IMG/VR virus record: IMGVR_UViG_3300034170_000065
Coordinates: 1-36,677 of that record
Source of the DNA: a virus
Lineage: Duplodnaviria; Caudoviricetes
Reading direction: 5' to 3' (one strand)
DNA: 36,677 bases
This document shows positions 26,285-35,404 of the stretch, in pieces (within the stretch, counting starts at the first letter, position 1; each line of letters begins with the position of its first letter). Both the position numbers and the translations under genes were made by a program. A model generated the notes under the pieces. It was not told the DNA's origin, did no database searches, and saw only the letters and a program-made list of their open reading frames with translations.

Positions 26285-27450
26285 TGGCTGAGGTTCTCAA
26301 TTTCGAGCATAACGGCATCACCATTAACGCCACTGAATCGCCCGAGGCAATGGGTGGTCTTGGCGATAACGTTATCGGCCTGGTGGGCACGGCGCCGAAC
26401 GCGTCTGTGGATCTGCCGCGCAACTCCGCGATCCGTATTAGCAATTTCTCCGGCCAGGCTTTGCTTGATCCGACCGGCGCCGAGGCGGGTTCGCTGTTCC
26501 ATGCGGTCTATCAGATCCTCAAGGTGGTAAAGGTGCCGATCTACGTTGTGATCGTTCCGGAGGGTTTGACGCCTGCCGACACGATCAACAACATCATGGG
26601 CGGCATTGACCCTGCCTCGGGCCAGAAAACCGGCCTAATGGCCCTGTCGGACGTTCCCGAGGATCTGACGATTATCGGCGCCCCGGGTTTTACCGGTACC
26701 AAGGCGATGGCGGGCGAGTTCGCGGCCTTCGGCAAGCGCGTGAAGGCGCGTGTAGTGCTCGATGGCAAGGATGTACCGGTTGCGGGCCAAGTCACCTACA
26801 GCGGCGAGCTGGGCGGCGCTGAGCTCGGGTTTGACCGTTGCCTGGTGATTCACCAAATGCCGGCGGTTTACTCGAAGGCGGCCAAGGGTAACGTGTTTCT
26901 CCCGCCGTCGACCCTGGCCATCGGCGCGCTGGCGGCGGTCAAGCAGTGGGAAAGCCCGGGCAATCAGGTCACCTACGCCGAGGACGTGTCGCGCACGGTG
27001 GAATACAACATCCTCGACAAGTCGACCGAGGGTGATCTGCTCAACCGCTACGGCGTTTGCTACTACGCGCGCACCATCCTCGGCGGGTTCTCGCTGATCG
27101 GTAACCGCTCGATTACCGGCAAGTTCATCAGCTACGTCGGCCTCGAGGACGCCATCAGCCGCAAGCTGGTGAAAGCTGGCCAAAAGGCCATGGCCAAAAA
27201 CCTGACCAAATCGTTCATGGATCAGGAGGTAAAGCGCATTGACGACTGGCTGCAAACGCTGGTCGCCGACGAGACGATCCCGGGCGGCAAGGTCTATCTG
27301 CACCCCGATTTGAACACCGTCGAGAAGTACAAAAACGGGACGTGGTTCATCGTCATTGAATACGGTCGCTACGCGCCAAACGAGCACATGGTTTACCAGC
27401 TCAACGCCAGCGACGCGATTATCGAGCAATTTTTGGAGGACGTTCTCTGA
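26284..27450 (+). CDS. Contractile tail sheath (FI-like)
   Basis: FEHNGI, VIGLVGTAP, IIGAPGF, WESPGN, GNRS. Confidence 0.92.
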   Translation: MAEVLNFEHNGITINATESPEAMGGLGDNVIGLVGTAPNASVDLPRNSAIRISNFSGQALLDPTGAEAGSLFHAVYQILKVVKVPIYVVIVPEGLTPADTINNIMGGIDPASGQKTGLMALSDVPEDLTIIGAPGFTGTKAMAGEFAAFGKRVKARVVLDGKDVPVAGQVTYSGELGGAELGFDRCLVIHQMPAVYSKAAKGNVFLPPSTLAIGALAAVKQWESPGNQVTYAEDVSRTVEYNILDKSTEGDLLNRYGVCYYARTILGGFSLIGNRSITGKFISYVGLEDAISRKLVKAGQKAMAKNLTKSFMDQEVKRIDDWLQTLVADETIPGGKVYLHPDLNTVEKYKNGTWFIVIEYGRYAPNEHMVYQLNASDAIIEQFLEDVL

Positions 27451-27956
27451 TGTTTACTAACCGCGTAAGACAGGCCATTGCGGCCACCCTGCAAGGCCTC
27501 CCGCTGTCCGCCACGGTCGAGGAGTTCGACCCGCCCAAGATCGAATTCGACATGGAAGAAATGCGCGGTGGCCGCTTTATCGCCGAGGAAATGGCGAAGG
27601 GTGGCAAGGTGCTTACCAGTAAGTTGACGCTGCAAGGCGTCGGCTTGCCGATCATGTTGGCCCTGGGCGTAAAGCTCGGCGACGACATCCTGCTCAACGT
27701 CCGCGAGGGTGGTAAGGATCAGGACGGAAACACCTATTTCACCTACCACACCGTGGGCGGCAAGATGAAATCGCTCGAGGAGAAAACCCTCAAGATGGGC
27801 GACAAGCCGGTGACCGTGCTCGAGATCGCCTGTCGCACCTATAACCGCCTGGAAAACGGCGTGCCGGTGATCGACATCGATGTCCGCACGCAAAAGTTTA
27901 TCCTGAACGGCGTAGACATCCTGGGCGATGCCCGTCGCGCCGTGCTGATGCCTTAA
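27450..27956 (+). CDS. Tail tube (FII-like)
   Basis: PPKI..EEMRGG; IDIDV..ILNGVD. Confidence 0.9.
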   Translation: MFTNRVRQAIAATLQGLPLSATVEEFDPPKIEFDMEEMRGGRFIAEEMAKGGKVLTSKLTLQGVGLPIMLALGVKLGDDILLNVREGGKDQDGNTYFTYHTVGGKMKSLEEKTLKMGDKPVTVLEIACRTYNRLENGVPVIDIDVRTQKFILNGVDILGDARRAVLMP

Positions 27957-27983
27957 CCGGTTCTCGGCCCCTCCCTTTTGATC

Positions 27984-28005
27984 GCCGCCTACGGGCGGCT
28001 TTTTT
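27984..28005 (+). terminator. Terminator after the tube gene
   Basis: GCCGCC-tacg-GGCGGC-T6. Confidence 0.7.
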
Positions 28006-28026
28006 GTGCCTGTAAGGAATCTCCCC

Positions 28027-28650
28027 ATGTCTTGGAACCCGCCAGTTCACGCCCTGTTGTGCCCGATCACCGGTGATGACGATCAGCTCATTGAGCAAAT
28101 CCAGCTCAAGCCGCTGTTTTACGCGGAGCAGAAAGCCGCGCTCGCAAAGGCCGGCAGCGATGAAGACGATCAGTTTTTTGAGTTGGCCAAGTTGGCCACC
28201 GGCTTGACTGGCAAGGTGCTGGATCAGCTCAAGCGCCCGGATTACGTGACCATTGCGCAATACGTGCATGAAATGTCGACCCTCCCGGCCTCGTACTTCC
28301 AGGCAAAAGCCGCTGACGACGCGGAGCTCGAGGGCGATTCGCGCGACGAGTCTGCGGGCGCGGAAAATCCTGAGGATCTCGACGAGGTACGGCTGCTGTT
28401 CCCGATCAATGCCGGCGGCGCACACATTGCCTCGCTGACCCTGCAAATGCCGGCGCTGATGGCCACCAAGGCAATGAAAAAGCTCAAGACGCCGAAAGAG
28501 CGCGCCGAGTTCATCACTGCCCATTGCACCGACCTGATGATCCCCGACCTTGCACTGTTGAGCGTTCCTGACTGGACCCAACTGCAGGAGCGTATCGACG
28601 ATTTTTTAAACAAGCCGGCGGCCTTTTTTCGGAACGCGACATCGAAGTAA
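28027..28650 (+). CDS. Tail assembly chaperone (gpE-like, two tandem domains)
   Basis: Between tube and tape measure; two L..PI..L..L..PD[YW] units. Confidence 0.82.
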   Translation: MSWNPPVHALLCPITGDDDQLIEQIQLKPLFYAEQKAALAKAGSDEDDQFFELAKLATGLTGKVLDQLKRPDYVTIAQYVHEMSTLPASYFQAKAADDAELEGDSRDESAGAENPEDLDEVRLLFPINAGGAHIASLTLQMPALMATKAMKKLKTPKERAEFITAHCTDLMIPDLALLSVPDWTQLQERIDDFLNKPAAFFRNATSK

Positions 28651-28772
28651 TTCTCGACGTTGTACCGCTCGTTTACTCGGTGACCGAGGCGGAAATTCTG
28701 GAATGGGATGCCGGTAAGGCGTTGAGGCGCTACGACATAGCGCTCAAGCGTCTCGGGGCTAAAAAGGAGTGA
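28602..28772 (+). CDS. -1 frameshift extension (gpE'-like) of the chaperone
   Basis: Slippery T TTT TTA AAC (28602-28611) and C TTT TTT (28623-28629); -1 frame reads ..SERDIEVILDVVPLVYSVTEAEILEWDAGKALRRYDIALKRLGAKKE*. Confidence 0.75.
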   Translation, partial: FFKQAGGLFSERDIEVILDVVPLVYSVTEAEILEWDAGKALRRYDIALKRLGAKKE

Positions 28773-28778
28773 CGCGGC

Positions 28779-31520
28779 ATGTCTGAGGGCAAATATTCGC
28801 TCAAGCTCGCGGCGGTTGATGCTTACTCGAGCACTTTCGGCGACATGGGCAAGAAGGCCGGAAAGTTGCAGGAGGCGCTCAAAGCGCAGCAGGCGGAGCT
28901 CAAGAAGCTCAATGCCCAGGCCAAGGACATGGCCGGTTTCACGAAGCTCGATGCTGACGTTAAAAAAACCGAGAAGTCGCTCGCCAGCGCTCGCGCTGAG
29001 CAGGCGCGGTTGACCCGTGAGCAGGCCGTGGCCGGCACTCGTGCGGCGGAGTTGGCCACGGCCTACGGCAAGGCGGTGGTGGCCACGAAGGCCCTCGAGG
29101 CCGCGACGGAATCCTCGGCGGTCGACATCGCGTTGGCCAGGGCAGAGCAGAAGCGGCTCGGGCAGGAGCTGGATGCGGTTACGCGCGCATCGAAACGGCT
29201 CGACACGCAGCAGGACCGGGCGACGATAGGGGTTAAGTCTCTGGAGCGCGCCCAGCGCCGCGAGCGTGAGGAACTGATGCGGCTTGGTAAGTCGCTGACG
29301 GATGCCGGCGTCGATACCGGCAAGTTGGCCGTGGAGCAGTTGCGCCTCAAGCGTTCCACGGATTCGGCAAATGCGGCGCTGACTGCGCAGCGGGCAAAGC
29401 TCGATTCGATCAATGCCAAGCAGGGGAAAATCGACGGCAACCGGACGGCCCGTGGCGAGATGCGCGGGCAGATCGTGGAGACAGCCGCCGTGGGCTACCT
29501 GGCGAGTAGGCCTATCAAGCATGCCATGGAGCTCGAGACGGCCATGGCCGACGTGGGCAAGGTTATCGACTTCACCGGTGATCAGCGTCAGCAGATGGCC
29601 TCGGCCAACCTTAAGCTGGCCAGCGATCGGTTGATTGCTTCGGGAGGCATCACCGGCGTGGATCTGGCGCAGATCCAGTACGCGGCGGGCCAGTCGGGCA
29701 TTGGTAACGACAAGAAAACAGCTGACGGGACCGTCGATTCTGCGGCCAAGCAAACCGCCGTGATGGAGTTTACCCGGGACGCGGCGATTATGGCCTCGGC
29801 ATTCGATATTAGCGCCAAGGACGCCGGCGAAACCATGGCGGCCTGGCGTGCGTCCATGGCTCTAAATCGTGGTCAGACGCTCGACCTTGCGGATGCCACG
29901 AACTATCTCGGGAACAACTTCAACGCCACTGCCGCCGACATTTCGGCGGTCGTGAAGCGTTACGGTGCTATTGGTAAGGCGTCGGGCCTTAAACCTGAGG
30001 AGAGCGCCGCGCTTTCTGCGGCTCTTTTGAACCCTGGCACAGAAAAGGAAATCGCCGGTACCGGATTTAAGAACTTCAACGCGGCGCTGACTAAGGGCGA
30101 GAGCGCCACGGCTGGTCAGGATCGTGCGTGGAAATCGTTGGGCCTGGACGCTGTGGATATTGCTGCGCGTATGCAGCAGGACGCCCCCAGCACCATTATG
30201 GAGGTTCTCGAGGCGCTCAAGGATCAGCCAATTGAAGAGCAGAACGCCACGGCGACGACGCTTTTCGGGTCTGAGTCGATTGGCGCAATCATGCCGCTGC
30301 TGCAAAACCTTGGCGAGCTGGACAAGGCTTTCGGGCTGATCAAGGACAAATCGAAATACGCCACGTCTGCCATGGGCGAAAACGCCTCGATGATGCAGGA
30401 GGCCGCCGGGGTGGCCAACACCTCGAAAACCGGTCTGAATGCCTTTGTCGCCAGGCTGACGCGCCTTTCAACGGTTGTCGGCAATGCGATGTTGCCGGCG
30501 CTCAATGCGGTGCTGATCCCTCTTGGCGCGGTCGTTGATGGTTTCAGTTGGTTTGCCGAAACCTTTCCGGGTATCACCGGCACGCTCGCTGTGGCGGCGG
30601 GCGGCCTGGCCGCTCTGAAAATCGGTGCGTTGGGCCTCAAGTTCGCCGGTTTGTTGATCGGGCAGGCGTTCAATAAGGCCGGGCTGGCTCGCGCCAAGCT
30701 GGACGGGACCACGGCCCGCACGGCGATGACGGCGGATCTCGCCGTGGGCCGGCTCAATGCGGCGATGGCTCGTATGGCGTCTGCCGGGAGCCTTGGCGAT
30801 CTCGCCGGGGGCAAGAACAAGCGTCGCCGCCGGCGCCCTGGCGTGAAAACGCCGGGCCTGGGTGGTGCTGCGGCTGAGGTTGGGGATATCGCAGGGAAGG
30901 CGGGGTCAGTCGCCCCGCTGGGCGGCAAGGCCGCCAAGTTGGCTGAGGCCTCCAAGCTAGCCGAGCTCGAAAAGGCGTCCAAGGCCGCAAAGGTTGCCAA
31001 GGTTGCCGGCAAGGCGGTTGCGCCGCTGCTGATCGCAACTGCTGCTGTCGAGGGCATCACCGCCTTGCAGGAGGGTGACGCGCCTGGGGTTGGCTCGGCG
31101 GTTGGCTCGGCGGGTGGTGCGCTGGCTGGGAGCTACGCCGGGGCTGCGATGGGCGCCACGATCGGGACTTTCATTTTCCCGGGCGTGGGCACGGCCATCG
31201 GCGGAGCGCTTGGCGGGCTCGCTGGCAGCATTGCGGGCAGTGAGGCTGGCTCATGGCTCGGGGAGAAGCTTGGCGCCCTAGTGGACCGCCTGAGCTCGCC
31301 GGACGAGGTGAGCAAGGACATTCCGAGCGTCACCAACGCGGATAATCGGCAAATGCAGTTCTCGCCGACTATTCATATCAACGGCGCGGATCAGGCCACC
31401 ACTACAGCGCTGGCCGACACGGTTATGTCGCGTCTTCGCGGGGAGTTCGTGCCCTTGATGATGGCGCCTGACCAGCTCGCCCAGCGGCGCGGCGCTGCTT
31501 TGACAGATGGAGGTGGTTAA
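28779..31520 (+). CDS. Tape measure protein (TP901-family core)
   Basis: 913 aa, Ala-rich; AM.LETAMADV.KV, LADATNYLGNN, LFGSESIGAI. Confidence 0.93.
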   Translation: MSEGKYSLKLAAVDAYSSTFGDMGKKAGKLQEALKAQQAELKKLNAQAKDMAGFTKLDADVKKTEKSLASARAEQARLTREQAVAGTRAAELATAYGKAVVATKALEAATESSAVDIALARAEQKRLGQELDAVTRASKRLDTQQDRATIGVKSLERAQRREREELMRLGKSLTDAGVDTGKLAVEQLRLKRSTDSANAALTAQRAKLDSINAKQGKIDGNRTARGEMRGQIVETAAVGYLASRPIKHAMELETAMADVGKVIDFTGDQRQQMASANLKLASDRLIASGGITGVDLAQIQYAAGQSGIGNDKKTADGTVDSAAKQTAVMEFTRDAAIMASAFDISAKDAGETMAAWRASMALNRGQTLDLADATNYLGNNFNATAADISAVVKRYGAIGKASGLKPEESAALSAALLNPGTEKEIAGTGFKNFNAALTKGESATAGQDRAWKSLGLDAVDIAARMQQDAPSTIMEVLEALKDQPIEEQNATATTLFGSESIGAIMPLLQNLGELDKAFGLIKDKSKYATSAMGENASMMQEAAGVANTSKTGLNAFVARLTRLSTVVGNAMLPALNAVLIPLGAVVDGFSWFAETFPGITGTLAVAAGGLAALKIGALGLKFAGLLIGQAFNKAGLARAKLDGTTARTAMTADLAVGRLNAAMARMASAGSLGDLAGGKNKRRRRRPGVKTPGLGGAAAEVGDIAGKAGSVAPLGGKAAKLAEASKLAELEKASKAAKVAKVAGKAVAPLLIATAAVEGITALQEGDAPGVGSAVGSAGGALAGSYAGAAMGATIGTFIFPGVGTAIGGALGGLAGSIAGSEAGSWLGEKLGALVDRLSSPDEVSKDIPSVTNADNRQMQFSPTIHINGADQATTTALADTVMSRLRGEFVPLMMAPDQLAQRRGAALTDGGG

Positions 31521-31903
31521 TGCGGCAGCAAATGGCGTTGGGTGGGTTCATCTTCGGTTTGTCGCGGAATTTTGCGTATGAGCGCCTCGAGCGCTCGTCG
31601 GATGGTGGCTGGGTGAGCCTGGACATCATCGCGAGCAAGCCTAAGTCGCACCAAACGGGCCAGGGTCTGGAGACGCTGCGGATCAGTGGCAAGGCGATGT
31701 ATGCCCCGGCTACCGATCGGCTCAATGAGTTGCGTGAGCTGCAAGCGCGCCGCGTGCCCTTCCCGTTGGTCGACGGCGTTGGCCGTAATTGGGGCCGCTG
31801 GCGAATCGACAAGGTGACCGAGCAGCAGAGTTTCATTATCGACGACGGGACGCCGATGGTCACCGAGTGGACGGTCGAATTGCAGGAGTTCGTCAATGCG
31901 TAG
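31520..31903 (+). CDS. Tail protein gpU
   Basis: MALGGFIF..; LVDGVG..WG.W.I. Confidence 0.88.
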   Translation: MRQQMALGGFIFGLSRNFAYERLERSSDGGWVSLDIIASKPKSHQTGQGLETLRISGKAMYAPATDRLNELRELQARRVPFPLVDGVGRNWGRWRIDKVTEQQSFIIDDGTPMVTEWTVELQEFVNA

Positions 31904-32108
31904 GGCTCGAAGCGTCGCCGGCGACACGGCAAACCTGTTGCTGTACCGCGAGCAGGGGCGATCTGACGACGCGGCGGAGGAGGCGCTCTGGCGACTGAAT
32001 CCGACGCTCGCTGAGTTCGGCCCGGCCCTGCCTGCGGGTGTGTGGGTGATATTGCCCGAGCTGGAGCCGCGACCAAGTGTCGCCGCGCCGGTGTCGGCCT
32101 GGGATTGA
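31896..32108 (+). CDS. Tail protein gpX
   Basis: GDT..LLYR..NP.LA..G..LPAG..LP..WD. Confidence 0.9.
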   Translation: MRRARSVAGDTANLLLYREQGRSDDAAEEALWRLNPTLAEFGPALPAGVWVILPELEPRPSVAAPVSAWD

Positions 32109-32117
32109 GGGGGATTT

Positions 32118-33134
32118 ATGTCACTTGGATTTACGCCGGTAGTGGAGATCTACGGGGCCAATGCCGCCTTGCTCAATGAGCGCCTGATCGATTGGGAGCA
32201 CACCGACGCGGCGGGTATTGAGTCGGATACGCTCAAGTTGACGGTGGACATCGAGGGCCTCGAGGGGCTCCCGAGCGTCGACGGTAAAATCGGGCTGCGC
32301 GTGGGCTACTTGGAGTCGGGGCTCGTCGACAAGGGCGAATTTGTCATCACCCGGCGCACGCCTAACCTGTTCCCCATGCGGTTGTTGATCGTGGCCACGG
32401 CGGCGCCGTTCAAGGTCAAGGACGAGACGGGGTTTAAGGCTCGCCGATCGGCCAGTTATGGGCCGACCACGCTGGGCGCTCTGTTCCGTGGAATTGCGAC
32501 AAAGCACGGTTTCTCGCCGCGCGTGGCGCCTGAGCTGGCCATGATCAAGATCGCGCACATCGATCAGTCGAATGAGACTGACATGGGGTTTCTGACCCGG
32601 ATCGTGCGGGATCACGACGCGGTGACCAAGCAGGTCAACGATCTGTGGGTATTGGCCAGGCGCGGGCAAACCAAGTCGCTGTCGGGGCAGATCCTCGCGG
32701 ACGTGCCTCTCTCGGTGACGAATGACAACCGCCCCGGCGATCGCGCTTTCATCATGGCCAGCATTGACGATGACAGCCGGGTGAAGTTTCGCGGCTGCAA
32801 AACCACCTGGTGGGACGGCGCTGCGGGCAAAGAGTGCATCGTCGAGACGGGTTCGGAGCCGTTCAAGAAGGTGCGCCAGCGCTATCAGGGCGAGGCCGAG
32901 GCGATCGCCGCCGGCGAAGGTGAGTCGCGGCGCATGGAGCGCGAGGCGGTCAAGTTGCGCGTTGACTGCCCCGGGAATCCGGCCTTGGCCGCCGAGGGCC
33001 TGATCGTGCTCGATGGGACCTGGCCAAGCTTCATGCAAGGGCGCTGGTCAGTCGACAAGGTGACCGCCAGCGGCAGTCGGCAGCAGAGTTACCGCTGCAC
33101 GGTCGAGGCGAGCTATCCAGACGGTAAGAAGTGA
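32118..33134 (+). CDS. Baseplate hub gpD (late control D family)
   Basis: D.AGIESD.L, GY..GLVDKG.F, HIDQSNETDMGFLTR. Confidence 0.9.
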   Translation: MSLGFTPVVEIYGANAALLNERLIDWEHTDAAGIESDTLKLTVDIEGLEGLPSVDGKIGLRVGYLESGLVDKGEFVITRRTPNLFPMRLLIVATAAPFKVKDETGFKARRSASYGPTTLGALFRGIATKHGFSPRVAPELAMIKIAHIDQSNETDMGFLTRIVRDHDAVTKQVNDLWVLARRGQTKSLSGQILADVPLSVTNDNRPGDRAFIMASIDDDSRVKFRGCKTTWWDGAAGKECIVETGSEPFKKVRQRYQGEAEAIAAGEGESRRMEREAVKLRVDCPGNPALAAEGLIVLDGTWPSFMQGRWSVDKVTASGSRQQSYRCTVEASYPDGKK

Positions 33135-33174
33135 AAAAGCCCCCACTGCCTCGCGGCGGTGGGGGCTTTTTTTT
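33134..33174. terminator. Bidirectional terminator between the late operon and the right arm
   Basis: AAAAAGCCCCCACTGCC-tcgc-GGCGGTGGGGGC-T8. Confidence 0.88.
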
Positions 33175-33185
33175 GTGCCTGCGAT

Positions 33186-33527
33186 TTAGAGGCGGGCAGC
33201 GATCGCGGCGGGCACCTGCACGCTCGCCTTGTCGTCGGCGTAGAGAGCGGCGCCGCCCCGATTGGGGAGGGTGGCCAGGCGCACGGCGCGGATCTGCGCC
33301 TCGCTGTTGGCCGCCAGCCATGCGTTGCCCTGTTTGAGCCAGATGCTCCCGCCGGCGCCGTACTTGCACGTCGCCCACTGCGCGCCCTCGAGCTTTTTCA
33401 GCGAGCAGGACGCCTCGACGCCAGCATTGCGGTGCGCCTCCTCGAGCTGCCAGGCCGGGTACTTGATGTAGGTCGTCAGGGCGGCCACTGCCACGATGGC
33501 CAGAATGATCTTGTTCGTTCGCGTCAC
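33186..33527 (-). CDS. Membrane-anchored/exported small protein (moron candidate)
   Basis: GAGGAGG RBS + GTG; hydrophobic KIILAIVAVAALTT; two Cys. Confidence 0.7.
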   Translation of the reverse strand: MTRTNKIILAIVAVAALTTYIKYPAWQLEEAHRNAGVEASCSLKKLEGAQWATCKYGAGGSIWLKQGNAWLAANSEAQIRAVRLATLPNRGGAALYADDKASVQVPAAIAARL

Positions 33528-33563
33528 TGCGCGTTCCTCCTCGGTGAAGGTTCGCACGGTAAC

Positions 33564-33589
33564 AAAAAAGCCCGCCGAGTGGCGGGCTT
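33564..33589 (-). terminator. Terminator ending the par operon
   Basis: Minus strand AAGCCCGCC-actc-GGCGGGC-T6. Confidence 0.78.
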
Positions 33590-33604
33590 GTGGGGCGGGC
33601 TACA

Positions 33605-33904
33605 TTACTCGGCCAGGATCTTGCCGGCAGGGCTTAGGCGGAATTCGCCAGGTTTGAGGCTTGAGTCCTCGACGATTTTGAGGCCGCAAAAATGGTCGGC
33701 TGGGTCGGCGAGCCACTCACTGAGCCAGGTATGCAGCAGCACGGCATGGCTTCGCTGTAGCTCTGCGGTCAGGGCAATGGTGTCGTGGCCCTCTTGGACC
33801 TCGATGCGCACAACTCTTTCCGGATAAATGGCCGAGGGGGCGATCGTTATGCTGTAGCCAGGGCCTGGCAGCGTAATGTCGAGTTTCGGTTTGCTTCGGC
33901 TCAC
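33605..33904 (-). CDS. Hypothetical protein
   Basis: GTGA coupling; AAGGAG RBS. Confidence 0.7.
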   Translation of the reverse strand: MSRSKPKLDITLPGPGYSITIAPSAIYPERVVRIEVQEGHDTIALTAELQRSHAVLLHTWLSEWLADPADHFCGLKIVEDSSLKPGEFRLSPAGKILAE

Positions 33905-34299
33905 TGTGCTATCTCCTTGAGTTCAACTTCGTCAAAGGACGGGCTCTGCGCTTGGGCGGAAAGAATCCTAATGCCAAGCCAGCCGTGCGGAGTGCCGTCC
34001 TCACCGCCGTAGCCTTCGTTGTCGCGGATTTTTTTGGACCACTCGCCCGCGACCCAGCCGCCCGAGAATTGAGCGCCGAGGTCGCCGAGCATGTGATAAA
34101 TGGCATTAACCCCAAAGGAACGAATGGCGGCGCGCACAGCGTCGCCGTCCTCGTCTTCAATCTGATCGTCGGCGCCAGTCCAGAAGCGCAGGTGTTCTTC
34201 GGCGCGTTCCGGCGTGAGCTTTTCGTGGTCGACCTCGAGCGTAATTTCAAAGCGGTCGCCAAACGTCTCGCTTACTTTGTAAGTCTTGATAGTGCTCAT
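33901..34299 (-). CDS. DUF2528-like phage protein
   Basis: K.YKV..ITLEVDH..LT.ERA..FW.G pattern (recalled, unverified). Confidence 0.6.
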   Translation of the reverse strand: MSTIKTYKVSETFGDRFEITLEVDHEKLTPERAEEHLRFWTGADDQIEDEDGDAVRAAIRSFGVNAIYHMLGDLGAQFSGGWVAGEWSKKIRDNEGYGGEDGTPHGWLGIRILSAQAQSPSFDEVELKEIAQ

Positions 34300-34302
34300 T
34301 GG

Positions 34303-34632
34303 TCACTGTCCTTTGAATGGGCGGGAGACGGCGGCGGTCATCAGGGCTTTGCCTTCGCGGATCTCGATAGATCCAAGCGCGTGGCGCCCTTCTCCAGAGA
34401 TCCCGGCTTGCATCGGCATGGTGAGCATCACAATTCGGCCTATCAGGGCGCAGAGAGCGTCCTGATCCATTTCCGCGCAAAGGTCATCGGCGAATTCCAT
34501 CACCTCGTCCCAGATGTCGTCGCCTTTTTCTTCTCGGGCGGCGAACTTCTCAGGGTAGGCGGCGACCATCACCTCGAAAAGCTCAAGGTCTTCGAGTGGG
34601 CGTGCATTGGTTACCATTTGTTGGTTATTCAT
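34303..34632 (-). CDS. Acidic hypothetical protein
   Basis: ATGA coupling; AAGGA RBS. Confidence 0.7.
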   Translation of the reverse strand: MNNQQMVTNARPLEDLELFEVMVAAYPEKFAAREEKGDDIWDEVMEFADDLCAEMDQDALCALIGRIVMLTMPMQAGISGEGRHALGSIEIREGKALMTAAVSRPFKGQ

Positions 34633-34793
34633 TTTTTTTCAGTCCTTTGCGATGGTTGGTCGTGTTGTTGCCACTCGTTGCGCAGGTTGCGCGCCACGCG
34701 GGCGATGAAAAGTGATGCGCGAAAAGCCCAAAGCGCGGCGGCGAACAGTAGTGCGCAGGCGATCTCGAGGCCGCTTGATGATTCTCGGCTCAT
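34629..34793 (-). CDS. 54-aa single-TM microprotein (not in the ORF track)
   Basis: MSRESSSGLEIACALLFAAALWAFRASLFIARVARNLRNEWQQHDQPSQRTEKK; ATGA overlaps at both ends; GGAGG RBS. Confidence 0.7.
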   Translation of the reverse strand: MSRESSSGLEIACALLFAAALWAFRASLFIARVARNLRNEWQQHDQPSQRTEKK

Positions 34794-35179
34794 TGTGCAG
34801 ATCCTCCCGGCAGGGTGGGGGCGCCGTCAATTTCCTGTTGCAGCCAGGCCAGCAGCTCGCCGCGAAGGTGCGCGTTCTTGCTGGTGGGCATGCGCCCCGG
34901 GATTGCGTTGACATACTCGGAAAGGTTGCGAAACTGCGCGCGGCAGATCCCGAGGCGGTGGGTGAGCAGGTTGTGCTCGATCTCGGCGTCGCCGATCGCA
35001 TCGAACAGCGGCTGCATGATCTGATTGGCCAGGGTGACCACTTCGACGATGTGCGGATCTACCGTGGCGACGTTGCCGAGGTAGTGGTCGATCATTCGCG
35101 TACCTGCGTAGTTGAGCTGTAGGCGCAGGGCGAGGGCCTGGGCGGCGTGCTCGAGGGCGTGTGCTTGGTTGATAGCCAT
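34790..35179 (-). CDS. Hypothetical protein
   Basis: AGGAGG RBS; start MAINQ; TAATG coupling. Confidence 0.72.
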   Translation of the reverse strand: MAINQAHALEHAAQALALRLQLNYAGTRMIDHYLGNVATVDPHIVEVVTLANQIMQPLFDAIGDAEIEHNLLTHRLGICRAQFRNLSEYVNAIPGRMPTSKNAHLRGELLAWLQQEIDGAPTLPGGSAQ

Positions 35180-35331
35180 TATTTGGCCCTCCTGAGGAGC
35201 GCCATCAAGGCCTCGGCCACGCATGGCGCCGCCAGCTCGCCGGCGAATTCGCCGAGCTGGGCGCGGTGCACCGGGTTAGACAGTTCGTTTATCGGTAAGG
35301 CGAGCAGCGTGATATAGTCCTTCTTGGACAT
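35179..35331 (-). CDS. 50-aa microprotein (not in the ORF track)
   Basis: MSKKDYITLLALPINELSNPVHRAQLGEFAGELAAPCVAEALMALLRRAK; GAGAGGT RBS; stop overlaps the next ATG. Confidence 0.68.
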   Translation of the reverse strand: MSKKDYITLLALPINELSNPVHRAQLGEFAGELAAPCVAEALMALLRRAK

Positions 35332-35404
35332 GATTGCACCTCTCAACAGGGTTTTGGTTATGTCTGCGCTCGGTCACGGTTGCCGCCGTGGCCGGGCACT
35401 TCTT

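Noticed and set aside
28242-29753. 503-aa minus-strand ORF
   Set aside because: Antisense shadow of the chaperone and tape measure genes
33952-34911. 319-aa plus-strand ORF
   Set aside because: Opposes a coupled minus-strand operon with clear RBSs
34639-35001. 120-aa minus-strand ORF in the track
   Set aside because: Out of frame with the better-supported 129-aa and 54-aa coupled genes
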